Positions 40,365-53,997 of a stretch of 64,000 bases of DNA are shown piece after piece. The position numbers and the translations under genes are program-made. Source of the DNA: an uncultured Acinetobacter sp. (GTDB taxonomy: Bacteria > Pseudomonadota > Gammaproteobacteria > Pseudomonadales > Moraxellaceae); the NCBI RefSeq assembly GCF_943914805.1, contig NZ_CALUDM010000001.1, forward strand, positions 7,586 through 71,585. Reading direction: 5' to 3'. Under the pieces are notes generated by a model. It was given only the letters and a program-made list of their open reading frames with translations, searched no databases and had not been told where the DNA came from. How positions within the stretch are numbered: position 1 is the first letter of the stretch; each line of letters opens with the position of its first letter.

Positions 40365-41255
40365 TTAGCTATATAAAACTGGATGTGTTTCCTCTTGGAA
40401 ACTTTCCATACCATATTCATCTGCTAACTTTTCTTTCCAATACGTCACGATTTTACTGTAATCAATTTCATCAGGATGAAAATCTGCTTTGTAATAAGAC
40501 AAATATTCAGGAATCAATGAAATTAACATTTTTGAAATCATATAAATGCCATGCACATTTTGAATCACTTTCGGCACACTCTTCCGCCAATCTTGCATAA
40601 ACAAACGTGTTGCAGAATAGAAGGTTAAACTGGCAAAACCAGTCGTGACATTACGCATCACTGCACGACGAGTGCGATCATCCTTGTAAATTGCCTGATA
40701 CACATCAAATGCCACTGCTCGATGTTCAATTTCTTCAATCGCATGCCATACCCAAAGCTTGATTGCATCATCATCTAAAGTGCTCAACACTTGTGGGTTA
40801 CGTAAAATATAGCCACCTAATAATGCTGTGAAATGTTCAAAGGCACAGGTCACAGCTAACTGCAATTTTGGATGTACACTTTTAATAAAAGCATCACGGC
40901 AAGCCAACCACGCTTGAAAGCTGTCTAAGTTGTAATCATCACGGCGCCATGCATCATTGAACTCAGCATGTGCTTTAGAGTGCATCGCTTCCTGCCCAAT
41001 AAAAGCAGCGATCTGTGCTTGCAACTTTTCATCGGTGATTTTGTCACGGACATTGCGCACACTATGTACAAAAAATTGCTCACCGACTGGAAATGTAGAT
41101 GATAATGCGGTTAATAAATGCGACATTACAGGCGAGTTAGCAAAGAAATGTCTACGAATTGCCTTAGGATTAAAGCTTGGTTTACGGACTTTAATACCAA
41201 TGGCTTTTGGACGATTTAAATATGATTTTTGTGCCGTCACTTGAGCTACTGTCAT
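40365..41255 (-). CDS. Predicted metal-dependent hydrolase (PF10118-like, HExxH-type helical protein)
   Basis: Motif-rich helical protein (…EAMHSKAHAEFND…WHAIEEIEHRAVAFD…). Track ORF opens with TTG at 41369; the MTVAQVTAQK Met at about 41254-41255 gives the usual family length (about 295 aa). My base-by-base reading of 41255-41300 was off by one relative to the track, so the start is uncertain by ±1-2 nt. Confidence 0.55.
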   Translation of the reverse strand: MTVAQVTAQKSYLNRPKAIGIKVRKPSFNPKAIRRHFFANSPVMSHLLTALSSTFPVGEQFFVHSVRNVRDKITDEKLQAQIAAFIGQEAMHSKAHAEFNDAWRRDDYNLDSFQAWLACRDAFIKSVHPKLQLAVTCAFEHFTALLGGYILRNPQVLSTLDDDAIKLWVWHAIEEIEHRAVAFDVYQAIYKDDRTRRAVMRNVTTGFASLTFYSATRLFMQDWRKSVPKVIQNVHGIYMISKMLISLIPEYLSYYKADFHPDEIDYSKIVTYWKEKLADEYGMESFQEETHPVLYS

Positions 41256-41493
41256 AGGTTTAATCCTACATTTGTCTGAATATAAATCTATATTGGCAGA
41301 AACTATACATTTGTATATTGCAAAATAGATCTCAGAATGGCAAGAATGCTCAGATTGTCTATACAGCAATTTTTTATTCGCAAAAGTACACGTATTTTTA
41401 AATTAAAAATTAATGATTATTATAGAGTTAAAGCAATATTTATAATTTTAGCATCATTCACATTTTGTCACTAAAACCACTCGGCTTCCGATG

Positions 41494-41524
41494 AAAAACA
41501 AAGCCCGCAAAAATGCGGGCTTTG
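41494..41524 (-). terminator. Rho-independent terminator after gltD (minus strand)
   Basis: Top strand AAAAACA-AAGCCCGC-aaaaat-GCGGGCTTT. On the minus strand the stem is followed by a U-run. Confidence 0.75.
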
Positions 41525-41554
41525 AAAATACGTTGAAATGCTTAAGTTTTAGAA

Positions 41555-43009
<1,455 letters not shown>

Positions 43010-43048
43010 TTATCAGCTGCACCTGCCTATATATCTACAGTAGTGGAA

Positions 43049-46000
43049 TTATTGTGGATCAGCTTGAGTTGTTTTCAACAAAGTCTGTAAATTGGCAGCT
43101 TTTGGTTTTACTAACCAGAATTTACGACCGTAGAAATCAAACTCATTGCGGATCTTATACGCCCAAGCACTACCCGTTTCTTGAATATGTTCATCTAAGA
43201 TACGACCTAAGAACGCTTTGTGCTCTTCCATCGATTCTGTAGAAATACGGTTTAACTCAATCAGCTCATGGTTATAATGATCTACAAAGTCATTATCCAA
43301 ATCAAGCACATAGGCAAAACCACCTGTCATACCTGCACCGAAGTTATGACCTACTTTACCCAGTACAGTCACAATACCACCAGTCATGTATTCACAACAG
43401 TGATCGCCAGCGCCTTCAATCACGGCAAATGCGCCAGAGTTACGAACAGCAAAACGCTCACCCGCAGTACCTGCGGCAAACAGTTTACCACCAGTTGCAC
43501 CGTATAAACATGTGTTACCAATGATTGCTGTTTCTTGAGTTTGGAATGGCGAACCTTTTGGTGGGAAGATCGATACTCGACCACCTGCCATACCTTTACC
43601 TACGTAATCGTTCGCATCACCTTCAAGTTTGATATGCAAGCCGCCCGCATTCCAAACACCGAGTGATTGGCCTGCAGTACCTGTCAAATTCACTTTCACA
43701 GGATGTGCTTCCATACTCAAGTTACCATAGCGCTTCGCAATCTCACCTGAAATACGTGCACCGATTGAACGGTCACAGTTACCAACGGTGAAATGATATT
43801 CGCCACCTGTACCTGCTTCAATTGCAGGCAACATTTCGCCAATCATTTTCTCAGCAAGTACACCTTTATCAAATGGAGCATTGCCCTGAACTTGACAATA
43901 TTGTGCCTTACCTTCAGCAGAAGGATGTGATTCAAGCAATGCGCTTAAATCAAGGTGAGCATGTTTCTCAGTTTCACCCGGAAGCACTTCTAACAAATCT
44001 GTACGACCAATCAAGTCTTTAAGTGATGCAACACCTAAAGCTGCTAACCATTCACGTGTTTCTTCCGCAATAAAGTGGAAGAAGTTAATCAGCATTTCTG
44101 GCTCGCCAATATAATGCTCTTGACGCAAATGATCTTGTTGAGTTGCAACACCTGTCGCGCAGTTATTTAAGTGACAAATACGAAGGTATTTACAACCTAG
44201 CGCAATCATTGGTGTTGAACCAAAACCGAAGCTCTCTGCACCTAAAATCGCTGCTTTAACAACGTCAAGACCCGTTTTTAAACCGCCATCCGTTTGTACA
44301 CGAACTTTACCACGAAGATCATTCACACGAAGTGCTTGATGTGCTTCTGAAAGACCCAATTCCCACGGTGAACCCGCATGATGAATTGAAGATAATGGAG
44401 AAGCTGCTGTACCACCGTCATAACCTGAAATGGTAATGAAATCTGCGTATGCTTTTGCAACACCTGCTGCAATCGTTCCCACACCCGGCTCAGAGACTAA
44501 CTTCACTGAAACCATGGCTTGAGGATTGACTTGTTTCAAGTCAAAGATCAATTGTGATAAATCTTCAATTGAATAAATATCATGGTGCGGCGGCGGAGAA
44601 ATAAGTGTCACACCTGGCACTGAATAACGTAAACGTGCAATTAAGCCATTTACTTTACCACCTGGCAACTGACCGCCTTCACCCGGTTTTGCACCTTGTG
44701 CAACTTTAATCTGAAGCACTTCCGCAGATGTTAAATATGCAGGTGTCACACCGAAACGACCCGAAGCAATCTGTTTGATTTTCGAGTTACGAATCGTACC
44801 GTAACGTGCAGGATCTTCACCACCCTCACCTGAGTTAGAACGACCGCCAATCGTGTTCATTGCAATTGCAATCGCTTCATGCGCTTCTGGTGACAACGCA
44901 CCCAAAGACATACCCGCAGAGTCAAAACGAGGTAAAATCTCTTCCACAGATTCAACAGCTACTAATGGAATTGAATTTTCAGTTTTTAACTTGAATAAAT
45001 CACGAATCGTTGCAATTGGACGATTATTCACCAACTCAGCATATTCTTTAAAATCAGCGTAGTTACCTGAACGTACTGATTTATGTAATGCATTGATTAC
45101 ATCAGGGTTGAATGCATGGTATTCCTTATCGAAAACGAATTTTAACAATCCGCCTTGCTCGATAGGCTTACGTGCTTTCCAAGCAAGTTCTGCTAATTTT
45201 TTCTGATCATTTTCAAGGTCAACAAAAGTTGCACCTTTAATACGGCTTGGTACACCTGTAAAGCATTTATTAACGACTTCTTCAGACAGACCCACCGCTT
45301 CAAATAACTGACCACCACGATAAGAAGCAACGGTAGAAATACCCATTTTCGAAAGTACTTTTAATAAGCCTTTTTCAATCCCTTTACGGAAGTTTGCTTG
45401 TGCATGAATTGGGTCACCCAATAACTCACCTTTGGCAATCAAATCATTGATCACGTCATAAGCTAAATATGGATAAATTGCCGTTGCACCAAAGCCCAAG
45501 ATCACTGCAAATTGATGTGGATCACGTGCAATCGCAGTTTCTACAATAATATTAGCATCCGTACGTAAACCAACACTGATCAAGTAATGGTGAATCGCAC
45601 CAGTCACCATCGCAGTGTTCGCTGGTAAATAACCTTCACGGATTTTCTTATCAGACAATACTAATAACGTTTTGCCATCACGAATAGCTTGAGCAGCTTC
45701 TTCACAAATACGTGTAATCGCTGCTTCTAAACCTTCAGTTTCAGCATAGTTCACATCGATATCAGCAATTTCGTAACCTTTACGACCGATTGTACGAATT
45801 TGGTGCATTTTCGAATTTGAAAGCACAGGGCTTGAAATAATCAAGCGATCAGCATGTTCTGGGCTTTGCTCAAATACATTTTGCTCACGACCTAAACACG
45901 TTTCCAATGACATCACAATCGATTCACGTAATGGATCGATAGGTGGGTTAGTCACCTGAGCAAACTGTTGACGGAAATAATCCGTCAAATGACGTACTTG

Positions 46001-47530
46001 ACGTGATAATACTGCCATTGGCGTATCATCACCCATTGAACCTACAGCTTCTTGACCACTTTCAGCAATAGGACGCAACAATTGATCACGCTCTTCAAAT
46101 GTCACCATAAACATTTTTTGAGCAGCTTTTAGGTCATCACCTTTTAAGCCTTGATCACATAAGTATTCTTCAAGCTCAGGGCTACCTTGTAAATGAACTG
46201 AATGCTCACGTAACCATTCACGATAAGGACGCATTTTTTTCAAATGGTTGCTGACATCTTTAGTATCAAGCATCTTCCCTGTAAATGTATCAACCACAAG
46301 GATTTGACCAGGACCTACACGACCTTTAGATACCACATCTTCAGGCTCATAGCCCCATACACCAATTTCTGATGCAAGCGTGATATAACCATTCTTTGTA
46401 ATAACCCAACGAGCAGGACGTAAGCCATTACGGTCTAACATACAAATCGCATGACGACCATCTTGGATTACTAAGCCTGCAGGACCATCCCAAGCTTCCA
46501 TATGCTTAGAGTTAAACTCATAGAATGCACGTAAATCTGCATCTAAAGTTTCTACGTTCTGCCAAGCTGGTGGAACGAGCATACGCAACGCACGGAACAA
46601 GTCCATACCACCACCAACAAGGATTTCAAGCATATTATCCATACTTGATGAATCTGAACCTGTACGATTTACAATCGGGTTAAGCTCAGTTAAACCTGGT
46701 AATAGTGGGTTTTCGAATTTAGGTGTACGCGCAGCAGCCCAATTACGGTTTGCTGTAATCGTATTAATTTCACCATTGTGCGCTAAATAACGGAATGGTT
46801 GTGCCAATGGCCAACGTGGCAAAGTATTGGTTGAGAAACGTTGATGGAAAACAACGATATGTGAATCCAAACGCTCATCTGCAAGGTCTGTATAGAATTC
46901 TGCAATATATGCAGGCATCATCAAACCTTTATAACTAATCACTGTAGAACACAATGTAGTCACATAGAAATACGGATCATTGGTGATTTGCTGTTCGGCA
47001 CGGCGACGTGCCATAAACAATTTACGGTTAAATTCTGCTTCTGTCACACCCATTGGGCAATTAACAAAAATTTGCTCAAATGCAGGTAAAGACTGCATTG
47101 CAATCGAACCCAATGCATCATTATTGGTTGGAACAACACGCCAACCAATAACACGGCAACCTTCTTCTTCTATTTCTTTGGTTAAAATCTGTTTTGCATG
47201 TGCTGCTAATGCTGGATCTAAATTTAAGAATACAGTACCTACAGCGAATATTTCACTCAGTGTAATATCACTAATTTTTTTTGCTTCTTCACGGAAGAAT
47301 GCTTTCGGCATAGCCAATAACAATCCGCAACCATCACCGGTCTTACCATCTGCAGCAATACCACCACGGTGCGTCATACAACTTAGACTATGAATTGCGG
47401 TCTTGACCAAGTCGTGACTTGCATCACCTTGCATATGGGCGATTAAGCCGAAACCACAGTTATCTTTAAACTCATCCGGTTGGTATAAACCTTGAGCGGG
47501 AGCTACAGTGTTAGGCGATGGCATGTGCAT
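43049..47530 (-). CDS. gltB: Glutamate synthase (NADPH) large subunit GltB
   Basis: 1493 aa. N-terminal Ntn amidotransferase Cys ([15 protein letters not shown]). Central FMN/3Fe-4S domain. C-terminal GXGXG domain. Confidence 0.97.
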   Translation of the reverse strand: MHMPSPNTVAPAQGLYQPDEFKDNCGFGLIAHMQGDASHDLVKTAIHSLSCMTHRGGIAADGKTGDGCGLLLAMPKAFFREEAKKISDITLSEIFAVGTVFLNLDPALAAHAKQILTKEIEEEGCRVIGWRVVPTNNDALGSIAMQSLPAFEQIFVNCPMGVTEAEFNRKLFMARRRAEQQITNDPYFYVTTLCSTVISYKGLMMPAYIAEFYTDLADERLDSHIVVFHQRFSTNTLPRWPLAQPFRYLAHNGEINTITANRNWAAARTPKFENPLLPGLTELNPIVNRTGSDSSSMDNMLEILVGGGMDLFRALRMLVPPAWQNVETLDADLRAFYEFNSKHMEAWDGPAGLVIQDGRHAICMLDRNGLRPARWVITKNGYITLASEIGVWGYEPEDVVSKGRVGPGQILVVDTFTGKMLDTKDVSNHLKKMRPYREWLREHSVHLQGSPELEEYLCDQGLKGDDLKAAQKMFMVTFEERDQLLRPIAESGQEAVGSMGDDTPMAVLSRQVRHLTDYFRQQFAQVTNPPIDPLRESIVMSLETCLGREQNVFEQSPEHADRLIISSPVLSNSKMHQIRTIGRKGYEIADIDVNYAETEGLEAAITRICEEAAQAIRDGKTLLVLSDKKIREGYLPANTAMVTGAIHHYLISVGLRTDANIIVETAIARDPHQFAVILGFGATAIYPYLAYDVINDLIAKGELLGDPIHAQANFRKGIEKGLLKVLSKMGISTVASYRGGQLFEAVGLSEEVVNKCFTGVPSRIKGATFVDLENDQKKLAELAWKARKPIEQGGLLKFVFDKEYHAFNPDVINALHKSVRSGNYADFKEYAELVNNRPIATIRDLFKLKTENSIPLVAVESVEEILPRFDSAGMSLGALSPEAHEAIAIAMNTIGGRSNSGEGGEDPARYGTIRNSKIKQIASGRFGVTPAYLTSAEVLQIKVAQGAKPGEGGQLPGGKVNGLIARLRYSVPGVTLISPPPHHDIYSIEDLSQLIFDLKQVNPQAMVSVKLVSEPGVGTIAAGVAKAYADFITISGYDGGTAASPLSSIHHAGSPWELGLSEAHQALRVNDLRGKVRVQTDGGLKTGLDVVKAAILGAESFGFGSTPMIALGCKYLRICHLNNCATGVATQQDHLRQEHYIGEPEMLINFFHFIAEETREWLAALGVASLKDLIGRTDLLEVLPGETEKHAHLDLSALLESHPSAEGKAQYCQVQGNAPFDKGVLAEKMIGEMLPAIEAGTGGEYHFTVGNCDRSIGARISGEIAKRYGNLSMEAHPVKVNLTGTAGQSLGVWNAGGLHIKLEGDANDYVGKGMAGGRVSIFPPKGSPFQTQETAIIGNTCLYGATGGKLFAAGTAGERFAVRNSGAFAVIEGAGDHCCEYMTGGIVTVLGKVGHNFGAGMTGGFAYVLDLDNDFVDHYNHELIELNRISTESMEEHKAFLGRILDEHIQETGSAWAYKIRNEFDFYGRKFWLVKPKAANLQTLLKTTQADPQ

Positions 47531-47947
47531 AGCGTACCCTTCTTTCTACATAGGCCCATCAGGGCGAAAAACATTCAAACCTTAAATTACAACTTTTCAG
47601 GCATTCACGTAAGCTCAGTAAACCACTGAGTTGCGATCAAACGCCAGTCTCTTTTCACTTTAATTGAAAAATTGTTTTACAACTTTCGCACTGAATTAAA
47701 GCACTTAAATAGACGAATATCGCACACCAATTGAATCATTTCGCGCCAAAATAGGGACAATTAACTCAATTAGCGCAACAATAAAGCAAAAAATATGCCA
47801 ATTACTATTCTTGGTCACCAAACTACTCAAATATATTAAAATAAAAGCCTTGCTAAAAAATCACAAAGATAAAGAGTTATTTTTTAAGCACTAGTATTGT
47901 GCAAAAATAGATTTAATAATCAATTTGGCTCCAAATTGGTGCTAAAA

Positions 47948-48814
47948 TTAATTAAATGGATCACTGATTTCATGCTCTACTGGCTTTTTCTCAGTTGAAT
48001 TTGCTACAGGCTCTTTAGGTTTGTTCTGAGGTTGTGCAGTCGTCGATTGTGATTTCTGTACATCGATTACATTGCCAGATTCATCACGACGAGTAATTGT
48101 CGTTTGTGTCGTGTTCACAGTATTTGAACCTGTAATTGCAGCAAGTGCAGACTTTGCCTGTGCCAATAAAGATTCATCAATTACTGGAAGTGGAGCAGAT
48201 TTTAATTTTACTTCATACAGCTTATTGGTTCCCACCATCTCATCTGAACCTAGATCATTAACCAATGCTGCATATTTTTCGAATTGAATCGCTTGAGGAT
48301 GTATTGTATTCGGTAATTTAAAATTCAATTGCCCTAACTGTGCTTTTGCTTGATTATCATTTTTAAATACGCCATAAACGAGAACATATTGCTCAGTTTG
48401 ATTTTCACCACTTAAACGGAAATAGATAAAGTTTTTACGATCCGCCTGTTTTTCTAAAAAGCTACGAATAATATCTTCATCAGTGGATTTAAACAGTTCA
48501 ACAGTCCAAGCTTTCTTATTTTCTTGAAGGAATTTAGTTCCACGAAATTCAGTTGCATGATTTCCAGCGGCAACAACACGAGTGGTCATTTCCAAAGGAC
48601 GCACTTCATCCATCAGACTGCCCAAGTGTGCAGAAGCTGCTACTTTTTCAGGCTGAATTTGAACTTGAGTTTCTCCAATAGGATTCGCCACTGTAACCAA
48701 TTCTTTGGTATCTGTAATTGCCCAAAAAATTAATGCTGCAAAAAGGCACAGCAATCCGCCAATTAACCAAATATATTGTCGAATATTTTGCCAATTTGTA
48801 CGAACTGCTACCAT
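47948..48814 (-). CDS. DamX-like inner-membrane protein (position downstream of aroKB); hypothetical
   Basis: 288 aa. Single N-terminal TM helix (YIWLIGGLLCLFAALIFWAI), then a periplasmic region rich in T/Q/N/K. Sits where damX lies in the enterobacterial aroK-aroB-damX order, but I could not recognise a C-terminal SPOR domain. Confidence 0.4.
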   Translation of the reverse strand: MVAVRTNWQNIRQYIWLIGGLLCLFAALIFWAITDTKELVTVANPIGETQVQIQPEKVAASAHLGSLMDEVRPLEMTTRVVAAGNHATEFRGTKFLQENKKAWTVELFKSTDEDIIRSFLEKQADRKNFIYFRLSGENQTEQYVLVYGVFKNDNQAKAQLGQLNFKLPNTIHPQAIQFEKYAALVNDLGSDEMVGTNKLYEVKLKSAPLPVIDESLLAQAKSALAAITGSNTVNTTQTTITRRDESGNVIDVQKSQSTTAQPQNKPKEPVANSTEKKPVEHEISDPFN

Positions 48815-48830
48815 TTAAAACTCACCTTTA

Positions 48831-49910
48831 CTATATTTGATTCGCTAAAATCGCTTGTTTCATCAACTCAACATCAAAATCTTTTGTGATGATTGCTTGA
48901 CCAAGTTGCTTGATCAATACCAAACGGAGTTGTCCATTTAAAACCTTTTTATCATGCGACATATAAGCTAAAAATTCATCGAGTGGAATTTCAGGACATG
49001 CTACAGGCAATTGCGCACGTTGTATGATTTTTTTTGTACGCTCTACATCACTTTGCGAAATCCAACCCATTCTATATGATAGATCCGCAGCCATCACCAT
49101 ACCTGTTGCTACAGCCTCACCATGCAACCAAACCCCGTATCCTAAATATGATTCGATTGCATGACCAAAGGTATGACCTAAATTAAGTAAAGCACGTTCA
49201 CCCTGTTCTTTTTCATCATTCGCAACAATACGTGCCTTATGCGCACAAGAACGATAAACAGCTTCAGCTAATAATTCAGGATTTCGCGCAACCAATCCTT
49301 CCATATTGGCTTCCAACCAAACTAAAAATGCTTCATCACCGAGCAATGCATATTTAATCACTTCAGCCAAACCAGCGGATAATTCACGCTCAGGTAAAGT
49401 ATTCAATTGCGCCATATCAGCTAAAACAACTTGCGGTTGCTGAAAAGCCCCAATCATGTTTTTACCTAATGGATGATTAATCCCCGTTTTACCACCAACA
49501 CTTGAATCGACTTGGGACAACAAAGTTGTTGGCACCTGAATAAAATACACACCACGTTGGAAACATGCAGATGCGAAGCCTGCCATATCCCCAATCACGC
49601 CACCACCTAAAGCCAATACCGTACAATCACGATTAAAACCCGCTTCAAGCAAAGCATCAAAGATCAGGTTTAAGTGTTCAATATTTTTATACTTTTCACC
49701 GTCTGGCAAAACACACACTGCAACTTGCTTACCGAGTTTTTCAATGGCGCCCAAATAATGCGACAAATATAAAGGCTGTACTGTCGTATTAGTGACAATC
49801 ATCACTTGACGTCCATAAATATAAGGCTCAAGTAATTGCTGTGGATTCAAATGACTACCAATAAAAATTGGATAGCGACGCTCACCCAGTTCTACATGTA
49901 AAGTTTGCAT
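48831..49910 (-). CDS. aroB: 3-dehydroquinate synthase
   Basis: 359 aa. NAD-binding [12 protein letters not shown] motif and metal-binding HxxxH region. Downstream of aroK. Confidence 0.95.
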   Translation of the reverse strand: MQTLHVELGERRYPIFIGSHLNPQQLLEPYIYGRQVMIVTNTTVQPLYLSHYLGAIEKLGKQVAVCVLPDGEKYKNIEHLNLIFDALLEAGFNRDCTVLALGGGVIGDMAGFASACFQRGVYFIQVPTTLLSQVDSSVGGKTGINHPLGKNMIGAFQQPQVVLADMAQLNTLPERELSAGLAEVIKYALLGDEAFLVWLEANMEGLVARNPELLAEAVYRSCAHKARIVANDEKEQGERALLNLGHTFGHAIESYLGYGVWLHGEAVATGMVMAADLSYRMGWISQSDVERTKKIIQRAQLPVACPEIPLDEFLAYMSHDKKVLNGQLRLVLIKQLGQAIITKDFDVELMKQAILANQI

Positions 49911-49946
49911 GGTTCTGCCAAATAGTGATTAACGATAATTTATGAA

Positions 49947-50489
49947 TTAAACGATCTCTTTTGAAACAATGAGCTGCAATATTTTTAATGCTAAATCTCG
50001 TGCAGCACCCTGATTGGTTTCAATAATATAATGTGCAACATCTCGGTAAAGCGGATCACGAATTTTAAGTAAATCCTTTAACTTTTGCTCAGGATGCTCA
50101 ACTTGTAATAAAGGACGGTTTTTATCTCGATGTGTACGCAACAATTGAATTTCTACAGGTGTGTATAAATAAATCACAATACCTCTATGCTTGAGATATT
50201 CACGATTCATCACTTGAGTAACAGCACCACCACCAGTAGCGACAACTAAATTTTTCTTAGAGGTTAAATCATCAATAACGATCGTTTCTCTTGTGCGGAA
50301 ACCTTGTTCACCTTCTTTTTCAAAAATCCAAGGGATTGACGCCCCTGTTTTTCGTTCTATTTCATGATCACTGTCTAAAAATTCACGACCTAACAGTTCT
50401 GCCAAATGCCGACCGACTGTTGTTTTTCCTGCTCCCATGGGCCCTACCAAATAAATATTTGGTAGGGTTTCAAACTCTTTGCTTGGCAA
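49947..50489 (-). CDS. aroK: Shikimate kinase
   Basis: 180 aa. Walker A IYLVGPMGAGKTTVGR. LID/SB motifs typical of AroK. Confidence 0.95.
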   Translation of the reverse strand: MPSKEFETLPNIYLVGPMGAGKTTVGRHLAELLGREFLDSDHEIERKTGASIPWIFEKEGEQGFRTRETIVIDDLTSKKNLVVATGGGAVTQVMNREYLKHRGIVIYLYTPVEIQLLRTHRDKNRPLLQVEHPEQKLKDLLKIRDPLYRDVAHYIIETNQGAARDLALKILQLIVSKEIV

Positions 50490-50525
50490 GGAGTCACCTA
50501 TCGAATTGCTTTCATTGAAAGTATA

Positions 50526-52700
50526 TTAATGATTTCTATTGCGACTGTCATTAACAATTCTAGGTGTCACAAAGATTAATAACTCACGCTTATTATCAGA
50601 TTTCACATCTTTGCGGAATAAACGCCCTAAGTAAGGAATATCCCCCAAGAAAGGAACTTTAGTCTGACTATTTTGAGTTTGTTGTTCGAAAATACCACCT
50701 AAGACGATAGTTTCACCATTATCCACCAATACATTGGTATTGATTTCATTTTTATTCAGTGTTAATTCACCATTTGGTGCTGGGGCACCCACAGTATCGC
50801 TGGTAATGTTCAATTGCATTTGTACTTTACCATCAGGGGTAATACTTGGTGTTACATCTAGGCTTAATAAAACATCTTTAAACGAAGTCGTTGCAGTTGC
50901 CGTCCCACCCGCTGTTTCGACTGATTGGTATGGAATTTGTTGACCTGAAGCCACTTTGGCTTTTTGTTTGTCTGCAGTCATCACTTTTGGTGTTGAAATC
51001 ACTTCACCATAACCATCAGCTTGCAAAGCTGATAACTCTAGATCTAACATAAAATCAGACAAACTAATCAAACCAAAAGCAATCTTACTTGCACCAGCAC
51101 TCGTTACACCTAAATCCACGTTTAGGTTATCTGGGCGATTTATTGTATATTTTCCATCATCATCAGGTGTTTTTAAATCCCACAATGTTGTATCACTTCC
51201 TCCAACCAATAAGTCATTATTTTGGTTAATTCCTTTAGACAAAATACCCCATTTCACTCCCATCTCTTTGGTAAAATCAGTACTTGCCCGAACAATTCGC
51301 GCCTCAACCATAACTTGCTTGACTGACACATCCAATAAGTCAATCATTTTACGTACTTTATCAATATTCTGAGCAGTATCATTAATAATCAATGTATTTG
51401 TGCGGGTATCAGCAACTACACTTCCTCTTGAGCTTAATAAACTCTCTAAAGCCAAAGAGTCTGAACCACTAGTACGATTCGACTGTGCATTCTTAGGATC
51501 TCGAGAATCTTCTAATAGTTTTAGAATATCAGCTGCCTTAGTGTAATTCAGTTGGATATATTCTGTTTGGATTGGTGCAAGTTTTATGCTCTGTGCAATT
51601 GCTTTCGCTTCTTCCTCTTCCGCTTTGATCAATTCCGTTACAGGTGCAATCCAAATCACATTACCATTACGACGTTTATCTAAGTTTTTAGTTTTTAGAA
51701 CAATATCTAACGCCTGATCCCATGGTACATCTTTTAAACGTAGGGTAATATTTCCCTGTACGCTGTCCGAAGCCACCATATTAATCCCTGTAAAATCTGC
51801 TAGCAATTGCAATACACGGCGCACTTCAATATCTTGAAAATCTAAAGATATCTTTTTACCAGTATAAGATTGACTTGAACTCGGACGAGCTAACTTATTT
51901 TCAGCAGGACGCTTTAAGCTTACAGTCAGTTTATTTTCAGCCTGATAAGCCATATATTCATAGCTACCCGAAGACTGAATTGTAATCACACCATTTGAAC
52001 CGTCATTATAAGCATCGATTGATGAAACTGGTGTTGCAAAATCATTGACATTTAAACGTCGAATTAAGTGCGCAGGAATTTTATTCCCCAATGTACGAAT
52101 AACAACTTTACTGCCTTGTTGTTGCACATCAATAGGCGTATTCGCTCCCGATAAATTTACAACAACTTGTCCCTCACCAACATTACCACGTTGAAAACCA
52201 ATGTCAGCAACGCCCTGTTGGGCTTGCTTTGTACTAACAGGTGTTGAATAAGCAGGTAAAGTCGCTGCTTGGTTTACATTATTCATTTTTAGAATAAAGG
52301 TATTACCTTCAACACGTGTGGTAAAAGGGCCGCTATTCTTTAAATTCACTGTTAAACGTGAACGTTGCTCATCAGCACTCACTTCTACAGATGAGGCTTC
52401 CTCACTCGCCACCGGAATCGTTGACTGAGTTAAGCTTTGTTTTGCATTATCAAAATCTAAAATTAATCGCGATGGATTATCCAATTGATATGCTTGTGGT
52501 TGTGGCGGCAAACCATTGAACATAACACGAATTTCAGTTCCTTGTCCTGGTATTTTCATTGGTACGATATTGGTCATCGTTGTTTGCGCTGTTGCAACTT
52601 GCATCACAGCGATTGATACAGCCGCCAAAGTAAATTGACGAAGGTGACTATTCATAAACTGACCATCCCCACTAAACATACTTTTCAAACTATTTTTCAT
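50526..52700 (-). CDS. pilQ: Type IV pilus secretin PilQ
   Basis: 724 aa. N-terminal signal. AMIN/N domains. C-terminal secretin domain (…VPFLGDIPYLGRLFR…). Last gene of pilMNOPQ. Confidence 0.95.
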   Translation of the reverse strand: MKNSLKSMFSGDGQFMNSHLRQFTLAAVSIAVMQVATAQTTMTNIVPMKIPGQGTEIRVMFNGLPPQPQAYQLDNPSRLILDFDNAKQSLTQSTIPVASEEASSVEVSADEQRSRLTVNLKNSGPFTTRVEGNTFILKMNNVNQAATLPAYSTPVSTKQAQQGVADIGFQRGNVGEGQVVVNLSGANTPIDVQQQGSKVVIRTLGNKIPAHLIRRLNVNDFATPVSSIDAYNDGSNGVITIQSSGSYEYMAYQAENKLTVSLKRPAENKLARPSSSQSYTGKKISLDFQDIEVRRVLQLLADFTGINMVASDSVQGNITLRLKDVPWDQALDIVLKTKNLDKRRNGNVIWIAPVTELIKAEEEEAKAIAQSIKLAPIQTEYIQLNYTKAADILKLLEDSRDPKNAQSNRTSGSDSLALESLLSSRGSVVADTRTNTLIINDTAQNIDKVRKMIDLLDVSVKQVMVEARIVRASTDFTKEMGVKWGILSKGINQNNDLLVGGSDTTLWDLKTPDDDGKYTINRPDNLNVDLGVTSAGASKIAFGLISLSDFMLDLELSALQADGYGEVISTPKVMTADKQKAKVASGQQIPYQSVETAGGTATATTSFKDVLLSLDVTPSITPDGKVQMQLNITSDTVGAPAPNGELTLNKNEINTNVLVDNGETIVLGGIFEQQTQNSQTKVPFLGDIPYLGRLFRKDVKSDNKRELLIFVTPRIVNDSRNRNH

Positions 52701-52720
52701 TTTTATTCCTTAATTCAGTT

Positions 52721-53251
52721 TCAATCCACTGGACCTATTAGAACCAAACTACGTGGTCGCTCAATATAACCGTCCCGACCATCGGGTACTATTTCTAATA
52801 AATCAATACGAGTAGGTGTAATCTCGATGATTCGTCCCTGATTCATCCCCATGTAATTCCCACGTTGTACGCGTTCAATTTCGCCATCTGGTGTTTGAAT
52901 TAACCCAACAATTTGCTCAGTATTGCCCTTCATACTTCCTTTCAATGTCAACGACTCTAAAGGATAATTTTCAAGAGGCTGAGCTTGTCTAGAAAAGTTA
53001 GGATAAACTCGCTTACCTGACATAATTTTCAATTCATTTGCCAATGAACTTGGTAAAAAAGGACTACGCAACTGCTGAGCTGAATAGTTAAAACTCGGAA
53101 CTGGCGTAAATACAGGGGCAGGCTCAATTGGCAATGGCTGTTCATTTCTAATATTTGCCATTTGTTGATTCACCGCATCAATTCGAGAATCACAACCAAC
53201 CAATAACGTTGCCACCGAGATTCCACAAATTATTTTATAGGCTTTTTTCAT
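52721..53251 (-). CDS. pilP: Type IV pilus assembly lipoprotein PilP
   Basis: 176 aa. Lipobox LLVGC. 4-bp overlap with pilO. Confidence 0.85.
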   Translation of the reverse strand: MKKAYKIICGISVATLLVGCDSRIDAVNQQMANIRNEQPLPIEPAPVFTPVPSFNYSAQQLRSPFLPSSLANELKIMSGKRVYPNFSRQAQPLENYPLESLTLKGSMKGNTEQIVGLIQTPDGEIERVQRGNYMGMNQGRIIEITPTRIDLLEIVPDGRDGYIERPRSLVLIGPVD

Positions 53252-53997
53252 TGCGGCTTCCCTCCTTGCGGTGGTGTCGTTGTAGCAGCAGCGGATTGAG
53301 TTGTTTGAGCACTGGTTTGATTTGCTTCCGTACCCATATAACGATATGTTTTTGCTTTAATCTTATAATCAATTACAGGTACATCTGACTTTTTATCATC
53401 ACTTGGTGCTCCAGTCACAGTGAAGTCATGAAGTGTCACAATACGTGGCAACACAGCAATACTACTCACAAAACTACCGAATGAATGATAATCACCCGTT
53501 GCTTCAATCGAGATCGGTTGCTCAATAAAGAACTCTTGCTCCACTTCTGGTTCTAATTTGATATTTTTAAATTTCAAACCCGAACTTACCCCAGTCACAT
53601 TGATATCTTCAACCAAACTTGGAATTTCAGTTTCTTTCGGAAGCTGCTCTAGCTGCTGAGTAAAGTTCATTTCCATTTGCTGTAATTGCGCTTGATATTG
53701 CTGCAAATTTCTAAGCTTAGAATCTTTTTCCTTAAACTCATTTAACAAGTTTTGTTCAACTGTACGAGCTTGATCAATCGCATCCAATTTAGGCTTGATT
53801 GCCAAGAAATAGCCAATTGCACAGACAACAAAGAATAAGAACAACCAACAGGTAATTTTGACGGATAAAGGCCAACTCCCATAGTTATTCATATCCAATG
53901 TATTAAACTGTTGAAAAAACTTCTCAACTGTCATGTTATTTTTCTTTGGCGTATCGTTTACGGATGAATCTATTTTATCTAAGTCTTCACGATTCAT
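53248..53997 (-). CDS. pilO: Type IV pilus assembly protein PilO
   Basis: 249 aa, single TM, coiled-coil. 4-bp overlap with pilN. Confidence 0.85.
   Translation of the reverse strand: MNREDLDKIDSSVNDTPKKNNMTVEKFFQQFNTLDMNNYGSWPLSVKITCWLFLFFVVCAIGYFLAIKPKLDAIDQARTVEQNLLNEFKEKDSKLRNLQQYQAQLQQMEMNFTQQLEQLPKETEIPSLVEDINVTGVSSGLKFKNIKLEPEVEQEFFIEQPISIEATGDYHSFGSFVSSIAVLPRIVTLHDFTVTGAPSDDKKSDVPVIDYKIKAKTYRYMGTEANQTSAQTTQSAAATTTPPQGGKPQ

Noticed and set aside
41255-41369. 38-codon N-terminal extension of the metal-dependent hydrolase ORF (TTG start)
   Set aside because: It is likely an artefact of the longest-ORF call. The family length fits the internal Met (MTVAQ…). My manual reading of this stretch was off by one base relative to the ORF track, so I did not build any claim on it.
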